Positions 1 through 11,900 of a stretch of DNA of 35,008 nucleotides are shown piece by piece. The notes under the pieces were generated by a model. The model was given only the letters and a program-made list of their open reading frames with translations. It was not told the DNA's origin and did not search any database. Position numbers and translations under genes: made by a program. Position 1 is the first letter of the stretch, and the number at the start of each line of letters is the position of its first letter. Origin of the DNA: Amoeboaphelidium occidentale (lineage: Eukaryota). The stretch covers positions 1-35,008 of the forward strand of contig JALGPX010000116.1 of assembly GCA_023515795.1 (NCBI GenBank), written 5' to 3'.

Positions 1-220
1 TGAGGATTTATCAGACAGCCTGGAGCAATTAGCAAGAATAGTTGGTTATGTCCCGCCTAAAGAGACCATCGAGACGCAAGCTGCAGTTGAAGTTGTCGTT
101 TCAGAAGATCAGCCGTCTCAAGATGAAGAACAACCAGTTCTTGAGGACCTACAGGAGGATACAGAACCCGTTGATGATCCCCTGAAACAAGATATCCTCA
201 GTATGCTTCAAAGTATTTAA
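1..220 (+). CDS. 3' end of an unknown acidic protein (runs off the window start)
   Basis: Open frame from base 2 (EDLSDSLEQLARIVGYVPPK...KQDILSMLQSI) to TAA at 218-220. No recognisable motif. Confidence 0.6.
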   Translation, partial: EDLSDSLEQLARIVGYVPPKETIETQAAVEVVVSEDQPSQDEEQPVLEDLQEDTEPVDDPLKQDILSMLQSI

Positions 221-274
221 TAGACCATTGAATCAAATCGGTTTCGCTCTGCAATTACAAATTTTAAACCAAAA

Positions 275-2373
275 ATGAACCACGAAGCTGAGGAAACTCA
301 AACGGCACAATCTCGGCAACGACGGCCAAATCCTTCAGCGACGTCATCTAATGCCATGGAAGTTGATAGTCGCGGGAGGACCAGGAATAACGGGATGCCT
401 ATCGACGAAGGACGAATGGATGCGGATGAGTCAGATGTTATTGAGGTTGATACCCCGACAGCTGAGGCTTCAGTTTTGCCAGCAGAGTTTAACCAGTTCC
501 CAATGTCTGCTAATGAAGTATCTCCGCCTGAACAGAATATCGACTGGGACTCTTTTGAGTTTATCCAGATATCGAAGAGCTGGACGACCAAAGACTTAAA
601 TGATAGTCACTCATGGTACATTTACATTCAGGGTATTCTGGTTCAGTCTGCGGATGCTTACGAAAGAGTTCTGCAGAATGAAACTAGGTTGGGATCGAAA
701 AGTACAGCGAGTATTTTTCTATTGGCAGTTAGACATTGTCTGTCTCAAGTGGAATCTGGCCATTTGGGTTTGCTTTTGGGTAAAGTTCAGTCTGCTTCTC
801 CAGAGTTTTCAAGGAAGTTGGCATTCCGGCTGCTTTCCAACGAAAGGCCCGACAAACTGGCCGCTCTAATTAAGCTGATCATCCATTTTCCTGTTCGATC
901 AGCATCTGCGTTCTCTCAAGCGAACTGGACACAAAACTTACAACAGTTGGTTGGAGTGAATAATCCGGAATCTGTTGCTATTGATACAAATGATATAATT
1001 CCTTCATTAAGTTTAGTTCTGAAAATAACTAAACAGGTCATACTCGCAACTGTGGATGTTCGGCTGGTTATCATGAAAGAGCATGGGCTTTTTGTTAAAT
1101 GGCTGGTGTGTATGATATATGAATTGGCTCGGTTGCATTCTACCCTGAATTCACGGGTTGTAGCAGAAGTTATCGAATGCGCTTTGAAATGCATGCAGGA
1201 CTTTGCTTTAGTTGCTGAGAAGGAACATTTTGCGTTATTTGAAGCATTGCCTGTAGTTGACATGATGATACAATTAGTGAAATCTAACTCAGAGGGTATC
1301 ATTGACGACACAGTAAAGTAAGTATCCGAAGGTTTAGATAATTATTTAGACTGCTTCTTTATGCTTATGATTTTGCATCAGAGAAGTTTCAACAAATGGT
1401 TGACGACAGTTCTTTATTTTCTGAGATACTTACACAATTAATGACTAATCCCGCTACTCAATTGCGGATTCTGGACCATCTTACAACACATCTTCTTGTG
1501 AGAGTTCCGTTACGTTTAAGAAAGAATTATTTTGGGGCAATTTTGGCATTGAAAGAACAAACTTGTAAACTTCCATTGTATTTCTTATTAACTGACTTGT
1601 AGCTGAGAACGCGCAACAATTTGCTGTGCGGATAAATCGGTGTTTGAACATTATGGCATTGACAGGAATCAGAGTTGCAGTGTTTGCGATTAATAAGGAA
1701 ATCGTTGAAAATCGGCGCTCAAAACAAGTATGGATGAAAAGGCAGTGCGAGGGATGTCAAAAGACTGAGGCATCTTTTGGGGAATTTATGATGTGTGCAG
1801 GATGTCGTAAAGTTAGATACTGCTCAAAGGTATTTCTTCTTCTGTTATTTGCTCATGTATTTTCAGGATTGTCAAGTTAGGGACTGGAAGTATCATAGAA
1901 TGAGTTGCCATTTCTTTAGACCCAAGCCAGGATTCAGAAGCAGAGGAACACAAACTGCAGTCGATTCATCATGTCAAACAGAAGAAAGTTCTTTTGATAA
2001 CGCTGATTCTTCTAACAACGATGGTTTCAAGCCAGCTCTTCTTGAAGCAAATCCACAGAGTACTCCACAGGCTATGGAGCTGGACCGCCAGGATCATGCA
2101 AGTCCGTCAACATCACGTCAAGCACCTACTAAAACTAAGTCAAGCACAACTGCCGTCCAGCAAAACGATGACGATGAAAATAACGCTCAAGGAAGTAGTA
2201 GTGAAATGAGAAGAAACTCGTCACAGGGTCTGGATGATGATCCACAAAGTAATCAAACTCCTCGCCCAATGGTGAGCACTATTTGTCAGACTGAAGAATC
2301 ATATACTGTTAATTACCTTGCATGGAAATATTCCGGAAGAAAAGAAGAAGGAACGAGTACTCTTGAACACTAA
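275..2373 (+). CDS. MYND zinc-finger protein, 4 exons
   Basis: GT-AG introns 1318-1349, 1565-1602 and 1830-1866 join four ORFs in frame. Splicing rebuilds the MYND motif CEGC..CAGC..YCSKDCQVRDWKYHRMSC. Confidence 0.85.
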
Positions 2374-2450
2374 ATGATCCTCAAAATAGACACATTGAAT
2401 ACTAACGTTAAGCTTGTTTGATTTTGTGATCACAATCATCACGAGACAGA

Positions 2451-4813
2451 ATGTCGGAATCCAAGAGCGCCACCAAAGACGCATACAAACCTGTGGTGAT
2501 AAACTTCAAATTGGGAAAGAATCGTCTACAGTTGACCGTCATACAAGTTCGATCTAATACTACACTGAAGGCGCCGTATGTCAGAGTGCTTCTGGAAGAT
2601 CAAGTTTATAAGACGTCTGTAGCAACTAAGACTGAGGGCTTGTGGAATGAAACTTTTCAGTTTAATGTATCTGTGCATTCTCAGCTATTTGGTGCTTTGC
2701 AAGTATGATATATTTCATTAAGGGATGCTAATTGTTGTAGGTTGACTTGTTCGATTCAAGGTTCCTCGGTGATGTTCATATTGGGAGGTGTGAGATACGG
2801 CTCAGTGTAATTCTTGATCTACCAGAGTCATTTACAAGTTGGTATGAACTGTGGCACAGGAAATTGTCTGATGTGAACACTTCTCCAAATGCCAGACGTT
2901 CTCTGAAAAGTTCAAATGTCGGTGGAATCCAATTGAAGATTGATCATTGCTTCTCAGCTGATAAATATTTGTTCTTGTTCATGGATAGTTATAATTCGAT
3001 GAAACAGTTTCTGGAACGTAAAGCTGAATCTTCTACTGCGACTTCGCAGGACGCAGATGTCGAAGGTGTTTCACCGGAAGCTGCCAAAGAAGCAGAAGAG
3101 CATTTGGCAGAAGTTCAAATGGAGGAGGACTATGACATGGGAAGTCCTGAAGAGGCTCAATTGAAAGAGGAAAAGGAATGGAATGCTTCAACAGAACGAT
3201 TGATGGAAGGCGCCAATTTCTTTTATAAGGAAGACTTATCGATGGACGTGCCAGACAGCATTCCTGGAGAAGGTAGCAGCACCATTTTAGATAAACTTGG
3301 AGACTGGCTGTTATCGAAAGAAACGAATAATGTTCTGAAGAGTATCAGGAAATTGTTTCATGCGTTTGGACAAGGATTAGATATCAGCCATGGATCGATG
3401 ATGGGTGGCTTACTCCAACTGGAACGCTTCTATCATAGTATAGAGACTCGAAGGACAGGGAAAACTGTTCGGGTGCTTGGATTTGTTGAAATGTCTCGGC
3501 ACTTTTGGAAGTTTTCTATGGCATCTTACGGATGGCGAGGCTTAAACTTCTTTGGTAAAAGGAATGATATTCTAAAAGATTCTGTTAGGCGAGACGCAGA
3601 TAGAAAAGCCGTCTTGGAGTTCTTGGCTATTCCTGATGAAAATTTACTTTGTTTTAATCCAGTTACGAAGGGTATCTTCCAGCCAGGCCATTTCGTAGCA
3701 GTTGACGATATGACGCAAAGCCTTGTATTCGTTATAAGAGGAACAATGAGCACTATTGACACGTTGACAGATCTTGTTTGTGAGTATTCTGAATGGAATG
3801 GAGGATTAGCACATGGTGGTATCTTATCTACTGCTACTTGGTTTTTCAGGAATGTGTATCCAACTCTTCTGCAGCATTTAGAAGAACGAAAACTTGAAAA
3901 GCTTATTGTTTGTGGCCATTCACTTGGTGGAGCTACTGCATCGTTAGTGTCAATGATGATTCACGATGCGTTGAAACGAGAGGGCAAAGATCACATACAG
4001 CTCCATTGTTACTCTTTCGCATCACCGCCTTGCGTTTCTTTGAATTTAGCAAAACAATATGAGAATATCATTGATACGTTTGTTGTGGAAGATGATGGTG
4101 TTTGCAGGCTTTCGTATGGACATGTCATGGACTTGAGAAGTATGATTGTTGCTGCTTTAGATGATCATCAACCTGAATCCTTTAAGTTGAGCCCCTCTAT
4201 GGAATCTTTGGATAAAGTGGCCGTTGAGAATCAGAGCGGACCAAATGGCAGATGGTTGGACTTATCCACGTTTTTATTACCTCAAAAAGAGGCAAAGAAA
4301 AGAAAAGACATGTCGACTCTTATTACTTTGCACAATATCAAAAGTTGTAGAGATTCCTTGCGAGATCCTGCTGACGGAAAACTTAAAAACATGAAATTGT
4401 ATTTAGCAGGAACGGTGTATTTTATGCACTATGAAGAGAAATCAAAGAAGCCATTTTCCTCTATGTTGCCGAAATATGATGAACACGGAATTAGTGCCTC
4501 TAGTTCTCCATCAGAGAATGAAAATCGCTCGTCAAAAGGGAATGACGGAAAAGTACTGAAACGTGTCTACATGGAAAAAAGTGATCCTGAGTTTTTCAAT
4601 GAAATGATCATAAGAAGAACTGTATTCCTACAACATATTCCTAATGTTTATGATAAAGCTTTCGAACGGGCATTCGAAACACTCATGATGGAATTGGCAG
4701 ACGAACAAGGTTTGAACAAAAGCTCAGCATCTGCGCCTGCTGGAGTTCTCAGTGATTCGAATTCTTTACTTTCAAGTTCAGGACTTGGAATATCATCCAA
4801 AAGTTTTCGATAA
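2451..4813 (+). CDS. C2 domain + class 3 lipase (diacylglycerol-lipase-like), 2 exons
   Basis: Intron 2703-2740 (phase 0). C2 motifs PYVRV, WNETFQF and D..F..D.HIG. Lipase motifs VIRGT..DTLTD, HGGIL, GHSLGG, YSFASP and DDGVCRLS. Confidence 0.85.
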
Positions 4814-4851
4814 ACCCTATTATATTATAAGATTGTTTTTGTGAAAAGGAT

Positions 4852-6277
4852 TTAATCGAATTTGTCGTTGTCGTATGACCAGCCTTTGAATCCTCTGTCT
4901 GAAAACATTCTTACTAGCTCCCTGTTGAACGGAGCGAAGATCTTTTCCATCTTTCGCCTTACATTTGCAGGCAAAGGCTCGTATTGCTGGTTCTTTTCAG
5001 ACACAAAAATCTCATTGCCTTTTCCAAAATTAAAGATTTCTTTCTTGTTGAATGTGGAGTTCCAATTAACATGCCCAAGTCCCAAAAAGTCTTCTATCCT
5101 ACGCATAACCCTATCGGTGTGTTCATAAAACTCCTCGCTCTGAACAACCAAGATTTGATCAGGTGCAAAGAAGCGAGCGTAATTCATCAGTTGCCGCGAA
5201 TAAAGAGATCTTAGAATGGTTTGTAAGCACCAGGTCAATCTCTTCTGGTTTACAGCTGGTATTTTCAAGCTCTCGCTCTCAACCGTAGTTTGTTTCATGT
5301 AGCAAGTAGAGAAGTCTGGCCAATATTCGATCAGATGCATACATTTCTTAAGAATTCGAATCTCTGCATCAACGAAATCTTCATATGGCCTTCCACCGGT
5401 GTAGCGATTATCTCGATCAACTCGAACAGCGTGTTGAAATTGACTGTATGCCCTGTCCACAGGTTCTCTGAATAATGCGATTAACTAGAATATAAGATCT
5501 TGAATTACAGATGATACATTACCTTGATATTTGGAAGTAGTCCTTTTATGCGCTGCGGAGTAAATGGGTGACGGATATAATTGGGAGTGCCTTCACCAGA
5601 GATCAGCCGCATATTCTTGGCTCTTCCTAATCTCTCGAGCTCGTAAACTCTTGTGAAATACTTCATGTACATGCCTAGTGGATGAGTTTCGTTGCTTCCG
5701 CCTTTCTCATCGAAGAATCTGATCTCCTTTTGTCCAATAACTCTCGCTTTCTCAGTTAACGGTAGAACCTGTGGATGCTGCAAAAGATATTTCCACAAAC
5801 TGGTAGTACCACATTTTTGAGCACCGAGAATAATGAACTCTGGCATGACCACCTTGCAACCTTCGTCATCATCGTCACAGTTTTCTGGATTGAACACTAG
5901 AATGATTAGTCTTTATGTCTGATCAAATCGTTACATTTCGTCTCATCCCATGTATTCTTGTAATTGCTTTTGTAATTTTCCGGAAGAAAGTATTTGAAGT
6001 AATTCTCGAAAGGTAGAGGTGCTTCTTCTCCATCTACATCAATATGATCGTCGTATAACGACTTCTTGTGACCGTACGGCAATTCAAGATTATCATCAAC
6101 CACATCGTCCAGACTTGAGTTCCTATGAAAGAAGTTCGTCCATGAAATGAAAAGATAGATCTGGTGTATGGCAAAGAATACGATCAGAATCTGTAGAATC
6201 TTTCGTTGCCACAAGTACGACCATGGATTCGACTGATGATTATGTCTCAGATTATTATTCATGAACATAGCTGGCAT
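4852..6277 (-). CDS. Type II membrane PAPS-dependent sulfotransferase, heparan sulfate 3-O-sulfotransferase/NDST-like, 3 exons
   Basis: Introns 5934-5897 and 5522-5485 (38 bp each) join the ORFs in frame. N-terminal TM ILQILIVFFAIHQIYLFISW, 5'-PSB loop IILGAQKCGTTSL, KEIRFF, GEGTPNY, and 3'-PB motif FREPVDRAYS. Confidence 0.85.
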
Positions 6278-6507
6278 CAAGTATCACGAGTATCGATGTT
6301 CCAATATCACTTCCTAGACCCTTTGGATCGATTGAGGGATTGAAGAAATGGTAGGGTGTCACAAGGTTTGAGAATATGGTCGCCTTGACAACCAATGGTT
6401 TCGCCCAGCATGGACACGGACATCGCGATTCTAACACTTATAAAGTGAAATGTTATCATTTTATTGATGAAACAACAGTGAAATCATCTAGTTAATCTTT
6501 TAATATG

Positions 6508-8580
6508 TTAGTTGTAAGGGTGTGGATTCTTAGATGTCGACTGAGGCGGCAAAGAAATAGACCGTTCCTGTAGCTCGATAGCATCAGAGTTCTCTGTTTT
6601 TATACTTGTGTTCATAAATGGGGAAGCATAGTTAATACGTACATCATCAAGAGACGGAGGCTCGTAGAAATCGTCAACTCTGCGCTTGTAATCATAATTG
6701 CTGTAATAATTGGAATTTCTATCCTCAGTTGCGGTATTAGTATAAGCCGACTGTTTCAAATTATTAGACATAACAGGGGACTGGACGTCATGCGTTTGCG
6801 ATGGAGCATAATTCGATTCAAGTTCGTGCCCCAAATCTGTTTCGGTATCGTTCTGTTGACCAGCAGGTTTCCATGCAGGATGATGCGACTTGAAGTTCAA
6901 GACAGATTGTTCGAGCTTCTCTTCCATGTCAATATGTGCTCGTGTTTTAGCTTTGCCGTGATCACCATCTAGCCGTCTGAAATCAAACACAGAGAATGTG
7001 CAAACCCAGCCGACACCATCAACATGCACTGTAAACTCTCTAAAGAAGTCTACAATAGCAGATGCACATTGTGGAAGTGAAAATATCAACACAAATGGAG
7101 CCAGTAGTATTGAAAGCATTTCTTGAACAAACAGGACTATTTTCATTTCAAACAGATTCGAAAACTCTTTGTGAACAAACTCAGAGTCCAAGCCACTATT
7201 CTTCCAGCTTATAGGCAAATAGTGTGTTACGGAAACTACTTCTAACAGGAGTCTTTCTGGTTCAAAAACCATACGTGAATCGGGAACCATTGATCGTGCT
7301 GTGGACCAAATAATACCAAACACTCCCAAATACCAAAGGACAGTTCTGCCTTCAGAAATGTAGAATGAGAGTAATATATCATCATCCAGAATAGACAGTA
7401 CTGTCAAGGAAAGTGCAACAGAACCAGCCACAAAGGAAATGAACTGTGCTATAATGGCTACAGACTTTTTGTGAAATTGCGAAACATACTTCTCGGCAAG
7501 TGGATAAGAAGCATTGAGGCGACTCGTGAAGACATGAGGCAACTCATTGAAATCTCTGAATTTCCACCTCGCAATAGGCGAATAAGAACGAGATCCAAGT
7601 TGAGACGGATCCTTATGAAACTCTTGTCCATATTTAAATAGGAAGTAAACACAAAGAAATATCAAGATGAAAGGAGATAACAACAAGTTAAGCAAACCCA
7701 TCAAAATGAACCTCTTCTTAAGCCCCGCTATTAAACGATTTCTGTGCCTGTCTGTTAAAAACTCTTTCCTTACACCAATTTCTTCTCCCTGGTCTGTTTC
7801 CCCGAATGCGTAATTCATAACACATATCGTTAAGTTCCATTCTAAGACTTTGGTCAGCATTTGTTTGCCTCCGAATCCAAAAGTAAGCAATGCAGGAAAT
7901 GGAGGCCTCAAGTTCAAAATATCCTTATTGAACAAAGCTATCAAATAATTCTCCTTCCGCATAATTCTGCTTGCAACATCACTCGCATTAATCCGAGGTG
8001 GAAGGCTCAGCCCAGAATTCGGGTAAATTTCTCCATGCAGCGCTACAACCTTTTGAATAATTTGATCCCAACCTACAGCACTCAGCTCATTATCAGATAC
8101 GCCTAATATTTCATTCACAAATAAGCGCATTCGATCCAAATGAGGATAATCCAACACAATTCTCACCAATTCATAAAGCCAATAGGAAGAAAACATTAAT
8201 AAAGCAACAACGTGTAGAGAATGAAGCTTAGCCATGCATTGTGGAACCAGAGCATCCTGTAAAGTCCTGCGCTTCGATATGTTCTCGTGATCAACGCACG
8301 CAATTAGAAACGTACCAAATCCCAATACAAAGGCCACAGTCAACAAATTCATGATCCTGGCCAGGAGTATCGGAAACATCCCTCCACCGTTGTAGTACTC
8401 ATACAATTGTCCAAAGAAACGATCCCAGTTTCGAGTAGATTTCCATTCAGCAATTAACTTTGCTTTTGCTAGAGGTGTTTCAGTGTTGCTAACGTTCGGA
8501 ATATGAAGATGCTCCTCTGAAGGCGGTGCATCATTACGGATATCTGTCAGTTTTCGGTAATTCCGCATAACATTCGACAT
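6508..8580 (-). CDS. ATG9: Autophagy protein 9
   Basis: Conserved motifs DRFFGQLYEYY..GG, RIMRKENYLIALFNK, LEWNL, WKFRDFNELPHVF, IVDFFREFTVHVDGVGWVCTFS and KLEQSVLNF. Confidence 0.95.
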   Translation of the reverse strand: MSNVMRNYRKLTDIRNDAPPSEEHLHIPNVSNTETPLAKAKLIAEWKSTRNWDRFFGQLYEYYNGGGMFPILLARIMNLLTVAFVLGFGTFLIACVDHENISKRRTLQDALVPQCMAKLHSLHVVALLMFSSYWLYELVRIVLDYPHLDRMRLFVNEILGVSDNELSAVGWDQIIQKVVALHGEIYPNSGLSLPPRINASDVASRIMRKENYLIALFNKDILNLRPPFPALLTFGFGGKQMLTKVLEWNLTICVMNYAFGETDQGEEIGVRKEFLTDRHRNRLIAGLKKRFILMGLLNLLLSPFILIFLCVYFLFKYGQEFHKDPSQLGSRSYSPIARWKFRDFNELPHVFTSRLNASYPLAEKYVSQFHKKSVAIIAQFISFVAGSVALSLTVLSILDDDILLSFYISEGRTVLWYLGVFGIIWSTARSMVPDSRMVFEPERLLLEVVSVTHYLPISWKNSGLDSEFVHKEFSNLFEMKIVLFVQEMLSILLAPFVLIFSLPQCASAIVDFFREFTVHVDGVGWVCTFSVFDFRRLDGDHGKAKTRAHIDMEEKLEQSVLNFKSHHPAWKPAGQQNDTETDLGHELESNYAPSQTHDVQSPVMSNNLKQSAYTNTATEDRNSNYYSNYDYKRRVDDFYEPPSLDDVRINYASPFMNTSIKTENSDAIELQERSISLPPQSTSKNPHPYN

Positions 8581-8905
8581 TTATGAAACTCAGTTCAGAC
8601 AAACGGCGCAATTGGTTGAAATCGCTGAATCAGATCATCAGGTGATTTGCTGTTTGGTTTGGGCTTCACGGTTGCACGTATGCGTTATACTTAAATACCG
8701 AGTACAGCCGTGCGTAAATCATTAAATTTATCTGGAACTCAAAGAGATTTCTTCGAGTTGAAACTTCACTTAGTTTTCGGAACTAAATGCTTGAAGCATC
8801 ACGCGACCTTCAGTTAGGTAAATGAGCATGTTTCATTAACAACAGAGATCATACATATAGGCTGTCACATCATCGAAATTAGGCAGTACGCTTACGGGAG
8901 TTGTG

Positions 8906-11900
8906 ATGAGCTCGATATATTGGACCGTTTCAGCGAATCAAACTTCAGATTGTTCTATTTCGGATAAGAACCTGATGAGAGTTACAGATCAGAACTCATA
9001 CGCACCGGTTGCTCAAAGTGCTAACAATGGAACCATCAGCGGCAAAGATTTTCCTAAATACTCACTTCCTAACTCTCCGATGGCTAGTAGAAGTCACCAT
9101 GAAGAAGTTCAGGGTTCTGGTAGTTCTGTAGGCATGACTAATATGCACACACGACCCACATCTTCCACAATGCACATGACCAATAATTACGACCTCCACT
9201 CGAATACAGAAGTTGATCACGGTGCAAGTATGCCATCTACATCACAAGGACAAAATGGTCCACCACAGTCAATATCTCTGTCTGATCTCTCAAACCAGAA
9301 TGAAGTTTCATTGGCTAATGGAATGCATTACACTTATACTCATTCGGGGACATCGTCTGCTTCAGCGGAAAGCAAGTATGTGAAGCGAAGATCTATTCAA
9401 CAGGAACTTATGCTATCAGGACCTGATCATGGTTCAGTGGAAGTTCCGGGCTCATTTTACGGTCTATCGTCTCCTGCTCTTCATGTTAATCACGAAGAGC
9501 ATTCTAGTGTGTATTCGAGAAGGATCACTACTGCTACTACACCTATATTTTCAACTTCAATCCCGAAACCTATCTTCGTGTCATCTGGCGGAATATCTGT
9601 GACAAAGTCAATTGAAGAAGAACCACATGGTCTTGCTTCCGAGTTTGCAAGAATCTACAGTGCTTCTAAAGCGACACATCAAACTTCAACTCAGGACTAC
9701 AGTTTAAATGGACACGACAAGGACGAGTTCTTTCGTGTTGTCGGAGTCAAACAAACTTATCAAGGTACAACGTCAAGGGTTGTGGTTTATCTAGCACCAT
9801 CACCTCATATCAAACCGGTTGGTTCTGATTCCGTATTAATGATCACTACAACAAAACCTGGACTCACTCGTGTAAACAAACCGAGCAAGGGAACAAAGCA
9901 AGCAGTTGATATCACTTCGACGAAAGCTGACCAAGCCGTAGTCAAAGAAAATATCGTTAAACTTGACACAAGCAAAATTATGGTCCGATTCTCAAATGAT
10001 GTTAATGAAAAGATTGTCAAAGGAGAATGGAAAGGCAGAGCGAGATCGGACGAGCTTTATGGCTTGAATTCTACACGAGAATTGGTCAAGTATGGCGGAA
10101 TTTCTTCTGATAAGTCAGGTTTTGTTCCTTTTAACACTCTTTGTAAAGCTCAGAAGCTGCAGGCTCTGTATTTATGTTCTGATTTGAGAGAATCCGGCCT
10201 TTTTAATGGCGCTCAGATTAACAGCTTTTCGTGGAAGATATCAGACGCACCAGACAGACCATTAGAAAATTTCCGAATTGCTTATCGATGGGTACAAGAG
10301 GACTCTATTGTTGAATTTCAGGAGGGCTTGGATGTTTGTTACGGACCTGTTCCATTACGCAATACAGCATTCACTGTTAACGAATGGATGTCTTTTCAAC
10401 TGAACAAACCTTTAGAATGGGACGGAAGATCAAACCTTCTTCTTGAGATTTCCAAAGATGAAGGCCACTCTTCATTCTCCTGGCCAGCTACAGGCGGAAT
10501 CTTTTTCAAGACTACAACAAATGTCCGTACACTGGCGCAGAAGGATAACAATGACTCTTCCGGACAGTATCCGTTCACGAATTGGCAGAAACCAACGAGA
10601 TTCAGAAAAGTGCCATGCTTGAGTATAGGTGCAACCAATCCTTCATGTTTCAAGATTGTGTGTGTTTCTTCATTGGCCAGCCTTAGCTCGTCTTTAATAA
10701 GCGTTGACGTTGCGCTAGATGGCCAAAAGTTCACAAAAGATTCTGCGACATTTTCTTACAGAGACATTGAGCCAATCGCTCTGAACAAACTGATTACTGA
10801 TCTCAGTAAATTGCTGGATTCAAGCAGTACACAAAGGATATCTCCATTCAGTGATGTTTTGTTTCAATTTGGATCTGCTGTTGGAACACCAGTTGACTTC
10901 TATGCTCATAGCGTAATACTTTCAGGTAGAAGTCCTGTTTTCAAGGCATTGTTTGCGAATGCTAAAAACAACAAAGTTCAGTCCGCTGAGAGATCCAAAG
11001 GATTTGCAGGAAATAATGGGAGAGCCCATGCCAAGTCATTCGTGTCGATAAGAAGTCTTGACGATTCCTCTGTTGAAAAGTTGAAACGGTCCGAATCTGA
11101 TGTAACATTCAGAGATACTTCATTCACTATGGAAGGAGCAAACACGAGTAAATTGAGACCATCAAACAGCGATGACAATTTGAGAGCTTTGAATGATTCT
11201 CGTGAAAGAATTACCGTCAGAGTCAATGATCTAAGGCCTGGAGTATTCTATACGCTATTGCGATTCCTTTACACTGGTTCGGTTGAAATCGACATTGAAA
11301 ATGCTTGCGAGCTACTAGTCGCTGCAGCAAGATATGATGTACAGGACTTGATACAGAGCTGTGAAGAATTTCTGAAACAGAGTGTGAATATTGAGAATGT
11401 TACTAGTTTGCTCTTATCTGCCGAGAAATGGAAAGTTCCTTCAATTCGATCATTCTGTTTGGATTTCGTTCTGTGGCATTTCGATGCAGTTAGTAAGACT
11501 GAAGGATTTGCTAACGATCTGGTACCCAAACACGATTTAATGCGAGAGATTTTGATTTCTAGAAAGAATTTCGTCTCAAAAAGATCCATGACAAGTGCTC
11601 CTCTACCAATTTCATCTGGTTCTCATCTTAGTTCATTCTCAAATTCAAGTACAAAGGAAATATTTCCAGAACATATTGTAGTTTCATTCCCAAACTCTTT
11701 ACTCTCCAATTTTGGCGATTTACTCAAGAACAGCAGACACAAAACATTGGAATCATCTCCTGCCTCAACACAAGACAGCTTTGACGTTACATTTGCTGTT
11801 GGTGAAGATGTAGTCGAACAAGTGGAATACTTTAGCTGTCACAAAGCAGTGATCACGTCTCGTTGTGAAGTGTTTGAAGCAATGTTTTCAAGATCAGGAA

